64,000 nucleotides of DNA from an uncultured Thermoanaerobaculia bacterium (GTDB taxonomy: Bacteria; Acidobacteriota; UBA4820; DSQY01), in the NCBI GenBank assembly GCA_964589625.1, contig CAZPSH010000006.1, positions 21,922 to 85,921 of the forward strand. The letters are read 5' to 3'. Every line of letters begins with the position of its first letter. Position 1 is the stretch's first letter. The position numbers and the translations under genes were made by a program. Below the pieces are notes generated by a model. The model made no database searches, had not been told where the DNA came from, and saw nothing but the letters and a program-made list of their open reading frames with translations. Below are positions 50,569-60,511 of this stretch, one piece after another.

Positions 50569-51735
50569 TCAGGCCCCCCTCAACCTCAGGCGCGCCACAT
50601 CGCCCTGCAGGGAAGGCAGAACCTTGTCCGAAACGCTCTTCAGAGGGCGAGGCCGCCCCCCGTCGAACACCCAAACTTCTATGGGGCACCTCACGTCTCC
50701 CAGGGCCGTGAAGGAGGTTGGACCCGCGGCTCCCGGGAATCCCCTCGCGGAGAGGAGGGCGGACCGGAGCGCCTCGGCGTCCGCCTCCGGGGATCCCGCC
50801 AGGGCGGCGCCGAGGATCCGCACCGCATCGTAGGCGTGGGCCGCGTAGACGTCGGGAGGATCTCCCCATCGCGCCGTGAACCGCATCGCGAACTCCGCCT
50901 TCTCCGTCCCGCCGTCTCCGGAAACGGGGCCCGGCCTGAGAAGGCAGGTCCCGTCCATCCAGGACGGAGCATTCTTGAGGAGATCGGCCCGGGCGAACGC
51001 GCTGCAGGCCAGGATGGGCCGACGGTCCCCGGCCCGCCGCAGTCCTTCCGCGGCGGGGAGGAGCGCCCCGCTGTACCCGGCCAGGAAGATCGCCTGGAAG
51101 ACGACTCCCGGCGGGCCCGCGGCGGGTGCGGGGACCTGCCCGGGGGCCACGATCGTGACAGCGGCGCGGCGGCCCTCCCGTTCGAAGGCCCGCGCAAAGG
51201 CTTCGGCCAGACCCCGCCCGTAGGCGTTGTCATCCGCCAGGACCTCGACGCGGGTGGCGTGGAGCGAATAGGCGGCAAACTCCGCCGCGGCCTCGGCCTC
51301 GGAGGCATCCGATGGCCAGTTGCGGAAAAAGAGCCGCGAGGCGCCGGAAAGCGCCGGAGAGGAGGCCGACGGGGAGAGGACGAGGACGCCCAGAGGCTCC
51401 GCCTCAGCCGCCAGGGCGAGGGCTTCCTCGCTGGTGGCCCCGGCGATCACGGCCCGGACCCTCCCCTCTCCAGACCAGGCTCTCAGGAGGCCGACGGCGC
51501 GCTGCGGCTCGGATCGCGAGTCTTCCAGGGTGACGTCCAGGCGGCGGCCCCCCACCCCGCCCGCCGCGTTTACTTCCTCGGCGCCGATGAGGATCCCGCG
51601 CTCGAGACTTTCCCCGTAGGCGGCCTGGGGGCCCGAGAGCGGTAGGATCGCCGCCAGACGCACGGGCTCCTGGCGGCAGGAGGCCGCCCAGAGCAAAACC
51701 GCTGCGCAAAGGACCCGTCCACCCTTGACGAACAT
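50569..51735 (-). CDS. ABC transporter substrate-binding protein, type-1 periplasmic binding fold (Liv-like)
   Basis: 388 aa, signal/lipoprotein N-terminus (AASC), PBP1 architecture. Confidence 0.7.
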   Translation of the reverse strand: MFVKGGRVLCAAVLLWAASCRQEPVRLAAILPLSGPQAAYGESLERGILIGAEEVNAAGGVGGRRLDVTLEDSRSEPQRAVGLLRAWSGEGRVRAVIAGATSEEALALAAEAEPLGVLVLSPSASSPALSGASRLFFRNWPSDASEAEAAAEFAAYSLHATRVEVLADDNAYGRGLAEAFARAFEREGRRAAVTIVAPGQVPAPAAGPPGVVFQAIFLAGYSGALLPAAEGLRRAGDRRPILACSAFARADLLKNAPSWMDGTCLLRPGPVSGDGGTEKAEFAMRFTARWGDPPDVYAAHAYDAVRILGAALAGSPEADAEALRSALLSARGFPGAAGPTSFTALGDVRCPIEVWVFDGGRPRPLKSVSDKVLPSLQGDVARLRLRGA

Positions 51736-51845
51736 GGCCCATCAATATAGTCCAGAAATCCACAAACGTCAAGAATTCCAAAGGGTTCCGCCGCATCCGC
51801 GGACCCGCAGAGCGGCCTGCCCCGGGTGGGTCCCGAGGCGTCACG

Positions 51846-53894
51846 GTGGTAGACTTCGAGGGGAGGTGCGCGGTGCGGAGCCTTCGTTTCCTCGCGATCT
51901 TTGCCATGCTGTTCGGAACGGCCCTCTGGGGCGGAACCCCCGACGTGGTCGTGGTCACCCTCGACACCTTCCGCGCCGACCGGCTTGCCCCCTGGGGCGG
52001 CCCGCCCTCCACGGCTCCGCACCTCAACGGATGGGCCGCGTCGGGCACCGCCTTCGTCTCTTGCTCAGCCCCCGCGCCCGTCACCCTCCCGTCCCACGCC
52101 TCCCTGCTGACGGGATGCTGGCCCGCCCGCACCGGGCTTCACGACAACGGCCTCGGGGTCCTCGCCCCTTCGGTGCCCGTTCTGGCCGAGCTCCTCCGGG
52201 AGAAGGGCTACCGTTGCGAGGCCGTGGTCGCCAGCGCCGTCCTGGAGGGACGCTACGGGCTCAGCCGGGGCTTTCACGGATACGACGACGCGGTAGGGCC
52301 CGACCTCGTGCGGCGGGCCGGTGAGGTGACGGACCGCGCCCTCTCGATCTTGTCCAGCCGCGGCGCCGGTCCCCTGTTCCTCTGGGTGCACTACTTCGAC
52401 GCCCACGAACCCTACTCCAGCCCGGAGGCCTACGGGGCCCGGTTCCCGGATCACCCCTACGACGCGGCGGCCGCCTACGTGGACGCCGAGGTGGGGCGCC
52501 TCCTCTCCGCCCTATCCCCCGGATCCCTGGTGGCGGTGGCGGCGGACCACGGCGAATCCTTGGGGGAACACGGGGAACCCACCCACGGGGCGCTCCTCTT
52601 TGAATCTACCCTCCGGGTGCCTCTCCTATTCGCCGGCCCTGGAGTCCCCAAAGGGAGCCGCCGAGAGATTCCCTGCTCCCTCGTGGACGTGGCCCCGACC
52701 CTCCTGGGGCGCCTGGGGTTCGGCCCGGAGGCCATCGGGACCCTGGACGGCGCCGATCTCTTCGCGGAGCCGGCCCCAGCTTCCCGGATCCTGCTGGCCG
52801 AAACCTGGCTGCCCTTCCACGCCTTCCGGTGGAGCCCCCTGACGGCCGCCACGGACGGAAGGTTCAAGTGGATCCGGTCGGCGTCCAAGGACCGTCTCTT
52901 CGACCTTTTGGGCGATCCGAAGGAGACGAGGGATCTCTCCGGGTCCCCTCCGAAGGACGCGATGCGAGTTCGCGACCGGCTCCTTCCCTTTCCGGGATCC
53001 TCCCCCGCGGGAAGCGTGGACGCATCCCTCCGCGGTCTTGGATACGCCGCGGTCCCCTCCGGCCAGGCTCTGTCCCGAAACCTGCCCGACCCGCACGACC
53101 GCACCGGGGTTCTCCAGGCCGACGGCCGAGCCCGCCTCCTCCGCCGTCAGGGCGACAAGGAAAGATCGGAGGCCCTCTTCCGCTCGGTAACCGAGCAGGA
53201 TCCGGGGAACCCCTCGGGCTGGTTCGAATACGGGGAGACCCTCCGCCGGGGGGGAGATGACCGGGCGGGCCTCGCCGCCCTCGAGAGGGCGCTGGCCATC
53301 GCCCCTCGGATGGCGGAGGCCCACGCGGCCAAGGGCCACGCCCTCGTCGGGCTGGGCCGTCCGGAGGAGGCGGCCCGCTGCTACGAGAAGGCCCTCGCCC
53401 TCTCTCCGCGCCTGGTGACCGCGCTCAATCCCTTGGCCGCCTACCACCTGGACCGCAACGCACCGGAAAAGGCCTTCCCTCTCCTGGAGCGAGCCCTCTC
53501 CGAAGGGTTCGCCGACCAGGACACCTATCTCATGCAGGGGAGGATCCACCTCGTCCAGAGAAAATCGGAGGAGGCCCGTCGCGACTTCGCCGCCGCCCTG
53601 CGGATGAGCCCCGATCCCGCCCTCACCCTCAAGGCACAAGGGGACATCTACCTGACTCGGAACCTTGTGCAAGAAGCGGTGAGGACCTTCGAGACCGGCA
53701 TCCGCCAATTCCCGCTCTATGGCCCCAACTACCTGACCCTGGGCGCCGTGCTCCTCCAGGCCGATCGTCCCGGTGAGGCCCTTGCGGTCTTCCGGAGCGC
53801 CCTGAAGGCCCGCCTCGATCCCGCGGAGCGGGCCGACGTGGAGCAGATCGTGCGCGACCTCGAGGCCGCGGGGCAGGAGCCCCGGGAGCCCTGA
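51846..53894 (+). CDS. Sulfatase-like hydrolase/transferase fused to C-terminal TPR repeats
   Basis: N-terminal half: alkaline-phosphatase-superfamily motifs (VVVVTLDTFRADRL, HASLLTG, WVHYFDAHEPY). C-terminal half: about 6 TPR repeats. The start could be GTG 51874. Confidence 0.7.
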   Translation: MVDFEGRCAVRSLRFLAIFAMLFGTALWGGTPDVVVVTLDTFRADRLAPWGGPPSTAPHLNGWAASGTAFVSCSAPAPVTLPSHASLLTGCWPARTGLHDNGLGVLAPSVPVLAELLREKGYRCEAVVASAVLEGRYGLSRGFHGYDDAVGPDLVRRAGEVTDRALSILSSRGAGPLFLWVHYFDAHEPYSSPEAYGARFPDHPYDAAAAYVDAEVGRLLSALSPGSLVAVAADHGESLGEHGEPTHGALLFESTLRVPLLFAGPGVPKGSRREIPCSLVDVAPTLLGRLGFGPEAIGTLDGADLFAEPAPASRILLAETWLPFHAFRWSPLTAATDGRFKWIRSASKDRLFDLLGDPKETRDLSGSPPKDAMRVRDRLLPFPGSSPAGSVDASLRGLGYAAVPSGQALSRNLPDPHDRTGVLQADGRARLLRRQGDKERSEALFRSVTEQDPGNPSGWFEYGETLRRGGDDRAGLAALERALAIAPRMAEAHAAKGHALVGLGRPEEAARCYEKALALSPRLVTALNPLAAYHLDRNAPEKAFPLLERALSEGFADQDTYLMQGRIHLVQRKSEEARRDFAAALRMSPDPALTLKAQGDIYLTRNLVQEAVRTFETGIRQFPLYGPNYLTLGAVLLQADRPGEALAVFRSALKARLDPAERADVEQIVRDLEAAGQEPREP

Positions 53895-53926
53895 GGCTGC
53901 CCCCACGCCGCCCCCGCCGGCTAGGG

Positions 53927-54685
53927 CTATCCTCGGGGCATCGGGAGCAAGGCTCCGCCCGAACAGCAAAGATCCGCCCCCGTGAAGTGCCGCCCGGCCT
54001 CGCTGGCGAGGAAGACCACGGCCGCCGCCACGTCCTCGGACTCGGCCACCCGGCGGAGGGGAACCGCCGCGACGATGGACGCCTCCCTCTGCCTCAAGGC
54101 CTCCTCGCTCATGGGGGTTCGGACCCAGCCCGGGGAGACGAGGTTGACGCGGATGTCCGGGGCCAGCTCCTGGGCGAGGGAGTAGACCATGGACTGCACG
54201 GCCCCCTTGCTCCCCGCATAGTGGCTGTGGCCGGGCTCTCCACGCTGGCCGGCCGTGGAGCCGATAAACAGGAGGCTCCCTCTTTCCACGACCGCCGCGC
54301 ACTCCCTTGCGAGGTAGTACGAGGAGAAGGCGTTGGTCGCGAACATGCGCTCCAGGTTTTCCCTTGTCAGCGTGCGGATGGAGCCGCTGTTCCAAATACC
54401 CGCCGAGTGGACGAGGACGTCCAAGCCCCCGAGGCGTGCAGAGGCCTCCCGGACGAGGGTGGAGCATCCCGCCTCCTTGGACAGGTCCGCCTGGAAGACC
54501 CACGAGGCCCCGGGGTGGAGCGCGGAAAGGGCCTCGGCGGGGGTTTTCTGGCTCCGGCACTGCAGGGCGACCCGGGCGCCGGCCTCCAGAAACATGCGCG
54601 CGCAGGCCAGGCCGATGCCCGAGGAGGCGCCCGTAACGAGGACCCTTCGGCCCGCCAGGTCCGGATAGCTCGTGCCAGATGTCAT
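53927..54685 (-). CDS. SDR family oxidoreductase
   Basis: TGASSGIG Rossmann motif, YxxxK catalytic motif (YAGSKGAV). Confidence 0.85.
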   Translation of the reverse strand: MTSGTSYPDLAGRRVLVTGASSGIGLACARMFLEAGARVALQCRSQKTPAEALSALHPGASWVFQADLSKEAGCSTLVREASARLGGLDVLVHSAGIWNSGSIRTLTRENLERMFATNAFSSYYLARECAAVVERGSLLFIGSTAGQRGEPGHSHYAGSKGAVQSMVYSLAQELAPDIRVNLVSPGWVRTPMSEEALRQREASIVAAVPLRRVAESEDVAAAVVFLASEAGRHFTGADLCCSGGALLPMPRG

Positions 54686-55473
54686 TCGACCTCCATTTGG
54701 ACAGGCTCCCCGTCGAAGTCGAGGGTGAGCCCGTCGTAGGCCGGCTCGACGCCGGGGGGCAGCGAATGCAAGAGGGCTTCATGGTCCATTTCGTGGCCCA
54801 TGTGGATCAGAAACACCCGGCGAGCCCCCACGGCCCTCGCCGCGTCGAGGGCCTCGCCCACGGTCATGTGCGTCGGGTGCCGGGGGGAGAACCTCAGGGC
54901 GTTGATGGCCAGCGTGTCCACTCCCCGGAGGCCTTCCACGGCCTCGGGAGGGAGCCGCTTGCAGTCCGTGGCGTAGGCGAAGGGACCCATGCGGAAGAGC
55001 GTCACCTCCATGCTTCCGTGGTCCCCCACGAGGGGAACGACGCGAAGGCCTCCCAGTTCGAAGGGCCCGCCGACGGGAACCAGGTCCAGCTTGGGCCGCC
55101 CCCCGCCCTCGGGGAGATCCTCGAAGGCGTACCAGAAGGTCCTCCGGACGCCCTCCAGGGTGGCCGGGGACCCGTACACCGGAATGGGAGCTCGTTGCCA
55201 ATAGGCGAAGACCCGGGTGTCGTCCAGCCCGAAGATGTGGTCGGCGTGGGGGTGGGTCAGGAGCACGGCGTCGAGCCTGCGGATTCCAAATCGGAGGGCC
55301 TGCTCGCGGAAGTCCGCCCCGGCGTCGATCACGAAGGAGGCGGTCCCGCTGGTGACCCACAAGGACTGTCGAAGGCGCCGGTTCTTGGGGTTGGGGGAGG
55401 AACAGACCTTGCAAGGGCAGTTGACGATGGGGACGCCGACGGACGTTCCGGTACCCAGGAAGGTGACTCGCAT
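54682..55473 (-). CDS. MBL-fold metallo-hydrolase
   Basis: HPHADH motif, beta-lactamase-like fold. Confidence 0.8.
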   Translation of the reverse strand: MRVTFLGTGTSVGVPIVNCPCKVCSSPNPKNRRLRQSLWVTSGTASFVIDAGADFREQALRFGIRRLDAVLLTHPHADHIFGLDDTRVFAYWQRAPIPVYGSPATLEGVRRTFWYAFEDLPEGGGRPKLDLVPVGGPFELGGLRVVPLVGDHGSMEVTLFRMGPFAYATDCKRLPPEAVEGLRGVDTLAINALRFSPRHPTHMTVGEALDAARAVGARRVFLIHMGHEMDHEALLHSLPPGVEPAYDGLTLDFDGEPVQMEVE

Positions 55474-55551
55474 ACCCGCTCCAAGGGGAAGTGTACCACG
55501 GGGCCCTGGGCACCCGGGCACCCAGATGCGCGAGTCCTCCCCGACGAGACC

Positions 55552-56304
55552 ATGTCACTTGACAGCCATTCATATCCAGACTACCCTGGCTTCATGCACG
55601 AGAGCTTCCGCCCCCCCCGCCGCGGCCAGTGCCTTCTCATCCGGAGAGACTACGGGTACCCGGAGCCTGCGGTGCCCGGATGGAGGGTGCTGAACCTCCG
55701 CCGGCGCCCCCTCCCCCCGGCCGATGCCCTGCGGGACGGCCGGGGTCTCGTTCTGCTCGGTGGGGAAACGCTTCTCGGATGGGCCCGCACCCGGGAGAGG
55801 CCGCACCTCTGGAAGGAACTCGCCGGGTGTGCACGGACCTCCGGACTGGCCATCGGATGCCGCTTCCCACGCGAGATGCGCAGGGTGGGCCAGGCCCTCG
55901 CGGGGACCGGCTTGGAAGTGGAGGTGCGGGACCACACGCCGGACGGGCGGATCCCTCCCCTCTACCTCGATGCCGGCGTCCGGCCGGCGCTCCTGGCCCT
56001 CCACCTGGCCTATGAATGGGAGACCGGGGCGGCGGCGGCGCGGGGCGGAGTCGCCCTCCTCCGGGTGGCTCACCTCCTGGCCTGCGGGCCCGCCACGGCG
56101 GGGGAGACCGCCTGCGCCCTGGGGATCACGACCGGAGCCGCGCGGTCCTACCTGAGATGGATGGAGGACGCCGCCCTGGTGCGGCGGGAGGGAAGGAAGA
56201 TGGCCCTTCGGCACCCCCTGCTCTCCACGCTCTTTACCGGAACGGAGGCCGCCCCGAGGGCCCCGTCCCCGGCGTCCGTCTGGAACCCGGTGGAGCTGGA
56301 CTGA
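55552..56304 (+). CDS. Hypothetical protein with predicted C-terminal winged helix-turn-helix
   Basis: 250-aa ORF with coding-like composition; the C-terminus (GETACALGITTGAARSYLRWMEDAALVRREG) resembles a wHTH. No recognisable catalytic motifs. Confidence 0.4.
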   Translation: MSLDSHSYPDYPGFMHESFRPPRRGQCLLIRRDYGYPEPAVPGWRVLNLRRRPLPPADALRDGRGLVLLGGETLLGWARTRERPHLWKELAGCARTSGLAIGCRFPREMRRVGQALAGTGLEVEVRDHTPDGRIPPLYLDAGVRPALLALHLAYEWETGAAAARGGVALLRVAHLLACGPATAGETACALGITTGAARSYLRWMEDAALVRREGRKMALRHPLLSTLFTGTEAAPRAPSPASVWNPVELD

Positions 56305-56372
56305 TGGCCGTTCGCGTGGTTGACACCGGGGCGCGGGTCCCCTATCCTCGGGCCTCGGCGGCGGAGGGGACC

Positions 56373-56939
56373 ATGCGCGCGTTTCTGGCCGTAGAGATTC
56401 AGGAGGCGGTCCAAGAGCGTCTTGCAGATGTCATACGACAGCTTTCCCTTGCGACAAGCCGCGTCAAGTGGGTGGACCCGCGTCAGATCCACGCGACGCT
56501 GAAGTTTTTCGCCGACCTCACACCCCACAACCGCTCCGTGGTCGAGGCGGCCCTGGGCGAGATCGCGTCCTCCGTTCCGCCTCTGCCCCTGGCCGTCCGA
56601 GGGCTGGGAGCCTTCCGCTCGGGCGCGAAAATCCGCGTCCTCTGGGCCGGCCTGGACGATTCCGTCGGCGGTCTGTCGGCCTTTCAGGCTTCCCTGGAGC
56701 GAGTCCTTCACACCCGGGGGATCCCCCGCGAGGAGCGCCCCTTCCGACCCCACCTCACCCTCGGCCGATTTCGGGAGCCCTCCGCAGAGCCCCGATTGGA
56801 AGACCTTCTTCGCAAGCTTGAGGCCTTCGATGCGGGCGCCTTCGAGGCCGACGGCGTGGCCCTGTTCCGAAGCACCCTCACCCCCGCCGGCCCCCGGTAC
56901 GACGTTCTGCGGCGCTGGCCCCTGGGAGGAGAGAGATGA
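56373..56939 (+). CDS. thpR: RNA 2',3'-cyclic phosphodiesterase (2H phosphoesterase, LigT/ThpR)
   Basis: Two H-x-T-x motifs (HATLKF, HLTLGR). Confidence 0.85.
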   Translation: MRAFLAVEIQEAVQERLADVIRQLSLATSRVKWVDPRQIHATLKFFADLTPHNRSVVEAALGEIASSVPPLPLAVRGLGAFRSGAKIRVLWAGLDDSVGGLSAFQASLERVLHTRGIPREERPFRPHLTLGRFREPSAEPRLEDLLRKLEAFDAGAFEADGVALFRSTLTPAGPRYDVLRRWPLGGER

Positions 56940-57574
56940 CCTTGCGCGACGGATGGATACTCCTCATCTGCTACCTTGCCGGTTCCATCCCCTTCGGCCT
57001 GCTTCTCACCCGGTGGAGGGAAGGAGCGGACATCCGCACCCTGGGATCGGGCAACATCGGCGCCACGAACGTCCTCCGCACCCAGGGGAAGGTCCTCGGG
57101 GCGCTGACCCTCGTCCTGGACTTCGCCAAGGCCGCCCTCTCGGTGTGGGCGGGCCACCGGTTCGGCTCCGCCCCCTTCGTGGGCGCCGCGGCGGGGACGG
57201 CGGCCGTGGTGGGCCACTGCTTCCCCGTCTATCTCAAATTCAGAGGGGGCAAGGGCATCGCTTCCGGGCTGGGGACCTTCCTCTTCATTGCGCCGACGGC
57301 CACCCTCGCCGCCTTCGCCGTCTTCGTGGCGGAGATCCTCCTCTTGCGGTACGTCTCCCTCGGCTCCGTGCTGGCCTGCCTGACGTTCAGCGGTACGATC
57401 CTGGGCCTCCACTACCTCCTCGACTGGTACCCGGCGGGCTCTGCCTGGATCGGAGCCGCCACGGGTCTACTCCTCATCACCCGCCACCACTCCAACCTCC
57501 GCCGCCTTCTCGCCGGAACCGAACCTCGGGTTTGGGGCCCCGGGAGCCAATGCGGGGCGGGAGGCAAGCCGTGA
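56936..57574 (+). CDS. plsY: Glycerol-3-phosphate acyltransferase PlsY
   Basis: 212 aa; GSGNIGATN and FKGGKG motifs. Confidence 0.95.
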   Translation: MTLRDGWILLICYLAGSIPFGLLLTRWREGADIRTLGSGNIGATNVLRTQGKVLGALTLVLDFAKAALSVWAGHRFGSAPFVGAAAGTAAVVGHCFPVYLKFRGGKGIASGLGTFLFIAPTATLAAFAVFVAEILLLRYVSLGSVLACLTFSGTILGLHYLLDWYPAGSAWIGAATGLLLITRHHSNLRRLLAGTEPRVWGPGSQCGAGGKP

Positions 57575-58584
57575 GGGGCCCCGAAAGAACCGTCGTTTGG
57601 GGCGCAGGCGCCTGGGGCACGGCCCTGGCCCTCCACCTGCAGAGGGCGGGCGGCTCCGTGGCGCTCTGGGTATATGAGGAAGCCCAGTTCGCCTCCATGG
57701 TCGAGTGCAGGGAAAACCGCGACTTTCTTCCGGGGCACCTTCTCCCGGATTCCATCCGACTCTTCCACGACCTCCGCGAGGCCCCCGGGGACGCCGCGGC
57801 GTGGATCTCCGTTTCTCCCGCCCAGGCCACCCGGGCTCTCTGGCGGCAAATCGGGCCCCGGTGTGCTAGCGGGACCCTCGTGATTTCGGCCTCCAAGGGC
57901 ATCGAGCGGGAGACGCTTCTGCCGGTCAGCGCCCTCATCGAGGAGCACCTGCCCCTCGCGGCGGGACCCGTGGTGGTCCTCTCCGGGCCGTCCTTCGCGG
58001 CAGGCCTCGCCCAGGGCGACCCAACCGCGGTGGTCCTCGCCTCGCCCGATCCTTCGGGCGCCGAGCGCGCCCAGCGACTCCTCTCCCACGCCCCCCTCAG
58101 GGGGTATGCCAGCACGGACCGGCCAGGGGTGGAGCTCGGCGGAGCCGTCAAGAACGTCATCGCCCTCGCCTGCGGTATGGCCTCGGGTCTTGGCTTCGGC
58201 CCGAACACGGTGGCCGCTCTCATCACCCGCGGCCTGAGGGAGATCGTCCGGCTGGGCGTCGCCATGGGCGCCGATCCCCACACTTTCTCGGGCCTGTCCG
58301 GAGTGGGCGACCTGGTCCTCACCTGCACGGGCGGGGAGAGCCGGAACCGGACTGTGGGGTACCGGCTGGGAAGGGGCGAGCCCCTCGCCTCCATCCTGGG
58401 CTCCATGAAGGCCGTCGCCGAGGGCGTCCCGACGACCCGTTCGGTGGCCGAACTGGCCCGCCGCCACGGCGTCGAGATGCCCATCACCTTCGTCGTCGAG
58501 CGGATGCTCTACGAGGGCCTCCCTCCGGCCCAGGGCGTCCGGGAGCTCCTTTCCAGAGACCTCAAGCACGAGATGGCCAACTGA
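57550..58584 (+). CDS. gpsA: NAD(P)H-dependent glycerol-3-phosphate dehydrogenase
   Basis: WGAGAWGTALA Rossmann motif, canonical GpsA; an alternative GTG start at 57571 overlaps the plsY stop. Confidence 0.95.
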   Translation: MRGGRQAVRGPERTVVWGAGAWGTALALHLQRAGGSVALWVYEEAQFASMVECRENRDFLPGHLLPDSIRLFHDLREAPGDAAAWISVSPAQATRALWRQIGPRCASGTLVISASKGIERETLLPVSALIEEHLPLAAGPVVVLSGPSFAAGLAQGDPTAVVLASPDPSGAERAQRLLSHAPLRGYASTDRPGVELGGAVKNVIALACGMASGLGFGPNTVAALITRGLREIVRLGVAMGADPHTFSGLSGVGDLVLTCTGGESRNRTVGYRLGRGEPLASILGSMKAVAEGVPTTRSVAELARRHGVEMPITFVVERMLYEGLPPAQGVRELLSRDLKHEMAN

Positions 58585-58643
58585 GGAGACGGACCGGGGG
58601 TACCGGCGGATTGGCACGCGCCGGGACCTCGTCGCGGGTTCCC

Positions 58644-59579
58644 TTATGGCCGTCCCTCCACCTCCGACAGCAAGGTCAAGTAGCTTTCGTACCGGGCCGG
58701 GTGGATCGACCCCGCCTCGGCGGCGCGTCGCACCGCGCACCGGGGCTCGACGAGGTGGCGGCAGTCCTGAAACCGGCACGCCTCCCCGGCCGCGTGGATC
58801 TCCGGAAAAGCGCGCTCCAGTTCCCTCCAGCCCATTCCCGCCAGGCCGAACTCCCGGATTCCCGCGGTGTCCACCAGGAAGGTCCCGTCCGGCAGGCCGT
58901 GGGCATACGCGTTGGAGGTCGTGTGGCGGCCCTTTCCACGGGTGGGATCCACCTCCCCCACGGTGCGGTCGAGCCCGGGCGCCACGCGGTTCACGAGCGT
59001 CGTCTTCCCCACTCCCGAGTGACCGAGGAGAAGAGCCCAGCGCCCGCGGATCGCGGCGATGAACTCGTCCACCCCGTCCCCCCTCTTGGCGCACAGGAGA
59101 AAGATACGGAACCCGAGCTCCTCGTAGGGGCTCAGCGTCCTCTTGACCTCCCGGGGCGAAAGAAGATCCATCTTGTTCACGAGGATGGCCGCGGAAACCC
59201 CGATGCGGGAACATTCCACGAGGGTCCGGTCCAACAGGCCCGTGTTGAGGCCGGGATTCGGGGCAAGCATCACCGCCAGGACGTCCACGTTGGCGGCGAT
59301 GACCTGTTCGGCGCCCGAGAAGGAGAGCCTCCTCGACACGGCGTTGGCCCTTTCCTCCACGGCCTCGATGAGGGCGGTGCCATCCTCTTGGGGCCTGAGC
59401 CGGACCCGGTCCCCGATGGCCACGAGGTTCTTGGCGCGGTTTCGCGAGAGGGCCAGCCGGCCCCCGGGGAAGGCCTGAACGGTCCTCTCCCCGTCCCAGA
59501 CTCGGTGGAACTTGCCGTAGGTCTCCACCACCCTCCCGCTCTGTTGCACCCTCGCCTCCACGGCACTATAATGCCACAC
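58644..59579 (-). CDS. rsgA: Ribosome small-subunit-dependent GTPase A
   Basis: Circularly permuted GTPase (LLGHSGVGKTTL after NKMDL), C-terminal zinc finger CRFQDCRHLVEPRC. Confidence 0.9.
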   Translation of the reverse strand: MWHYSAVEARVQQSGRVVETYGKFHRVWDGERTVQAFPGGRLALSRNRAKNLVAIGDRVRLRPQEDGTALIEAVEERANAVSRRLSFSGAEQVIAANVDVLAVMLAPNPGLNTGLLDRTLVECSRIGVSAAILVNKMDLLSPREVKRTLSPYEELGFRIFLLCAKRGDGVDEFIAAIRGRWALLLGHSGVGKTTLVNRVAPGLDRTVGEVDPTRGKGRHTTSNAYAHGLPDGTFLVDTAGIREFGLAGMGWRELERAFPEIHAAGEACRFQDCRHLVEPRCAVRRAAEAGSIHPARYESYLTLLSEVEGRP

Positions 59580-59646
59580 CCAAGTTCCCGTGGGGGTTTC
59601 ACGACGACTTCCGCCGAACCGTCACTCTCGTAGCGAAGGGGCTGCC

Positions 59647-60501
59647 ATGTATTTGATCACGAAGAAGAAGGTGCTCGCCACCGGGGTCGTGGAGATGGAC
59701 ATCCTCGCCCCCCGCATCGCCAAGGCCCACAAGCCGGGCCAGTTCCTCATGGTGATGAACGACGAGAATTCGGAGCGCATCCCCCTCACCATCGCCGATT
59801 CGAACCCAGAAACCGGCGAAGTGACCATCGTCTTCCTGGAGGTGGGCCGGTCCACCATCGACCTGGGCCAGAACTACAAGGAGGGCGACAGCCTCTTCGC
59901 CGTCCTCGGTCCCCTGGGCACTCCCACCCACATCGAAGCCTACGGCGACGTGGTGGTCGTCGGAGGGGGCCTCGGCGTGGCGCCCATCTACCCCATCTGC
60001 AAGGGCATGCGGGCGGCGGGGAACCGGGTCACGACGATCATCGGCTACCGGCGGAAGGACCTCATGTTCTGGAAGGATCGGCTCGCGAGCGCCTCGGACG
60101 AGCTCGTCGTCACGACGGACGACGGCTCCTTCGGGATGAAGGGCTTCGTGACCACCGCGCTCCAGAAGCTCCACGACGAGGGGAGGAAGATGGACCGCAT
60201 CGTGGCCATCGGCCCGCCCATCATGATGCGGGTCGTGGCCGACCTGACGCGTGCCTGGGGCGTTCCCACGGTGGTCTCCCTCAACACGATCATGATCGAC
60301 GGCACGGGGATGTGCGGCGGGTGCCGAATCTCCGTTGGGGACGAGACCAAGTTCGTCTGCGTGGACGGGCCTGACTTTGACGGCCACAAGGTGGATTGGG
60401 ACCTCATGTTCAGCCGAATGAAGGTCTATGTGGACGAGGAGCACCGCGCCGTGGCCGCGAGCCCGTCCTGCAAACTGTACCTCGAAACTCTGAAGCGCTG
60501 A
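59647..60501 (+). CDS. NfnA/SudB-like ferredoxin:NADP oxidoreductase small subunit (FAD/NAD-binding, 2Fe-2S)
   Basis: PyrK-like fold and a C-terminal Cys cluster CGGCRISVGDETKFVCVDG. Confidence 0.75.
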   Translation: MYLITKKKVLATGVVEMDILAPRIAKAHKPGQFLMVMNDENSERIPLTIADSNPETGEVTIVFLEVGRSTIDLGQNYKEGDSLFAVLGPLGTPTHIEAYGDVVVVGGGLGVAPIYPICKGMRAAGNRVTTIIGYRRKDLMFWKDRLASASDELVVTTDDGSFGMKGFVTTALQKLHDEGRKMDRIVAIGPPIMMRVVADLTRAWGVPTVVSLNTIMIDGTGMCGGCRISVGDETKFVCVDGPDFDGHKVDWDLMFSRMKVYVDEEHRAVAASPSCKLYLETLKR

Positions 60502-60511
60502 GGGGGAGCAC

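Noticed and set aside
54679-56304. 541-aa plus-strand ORF as a single gene
   Set aside because: The first 870 nt are antisense to the MBL-hydrolase gene. Only the portion from ATG 55552 is intergenic and coding-like, so it was trimmed to a 250-aa hypothetical protein.
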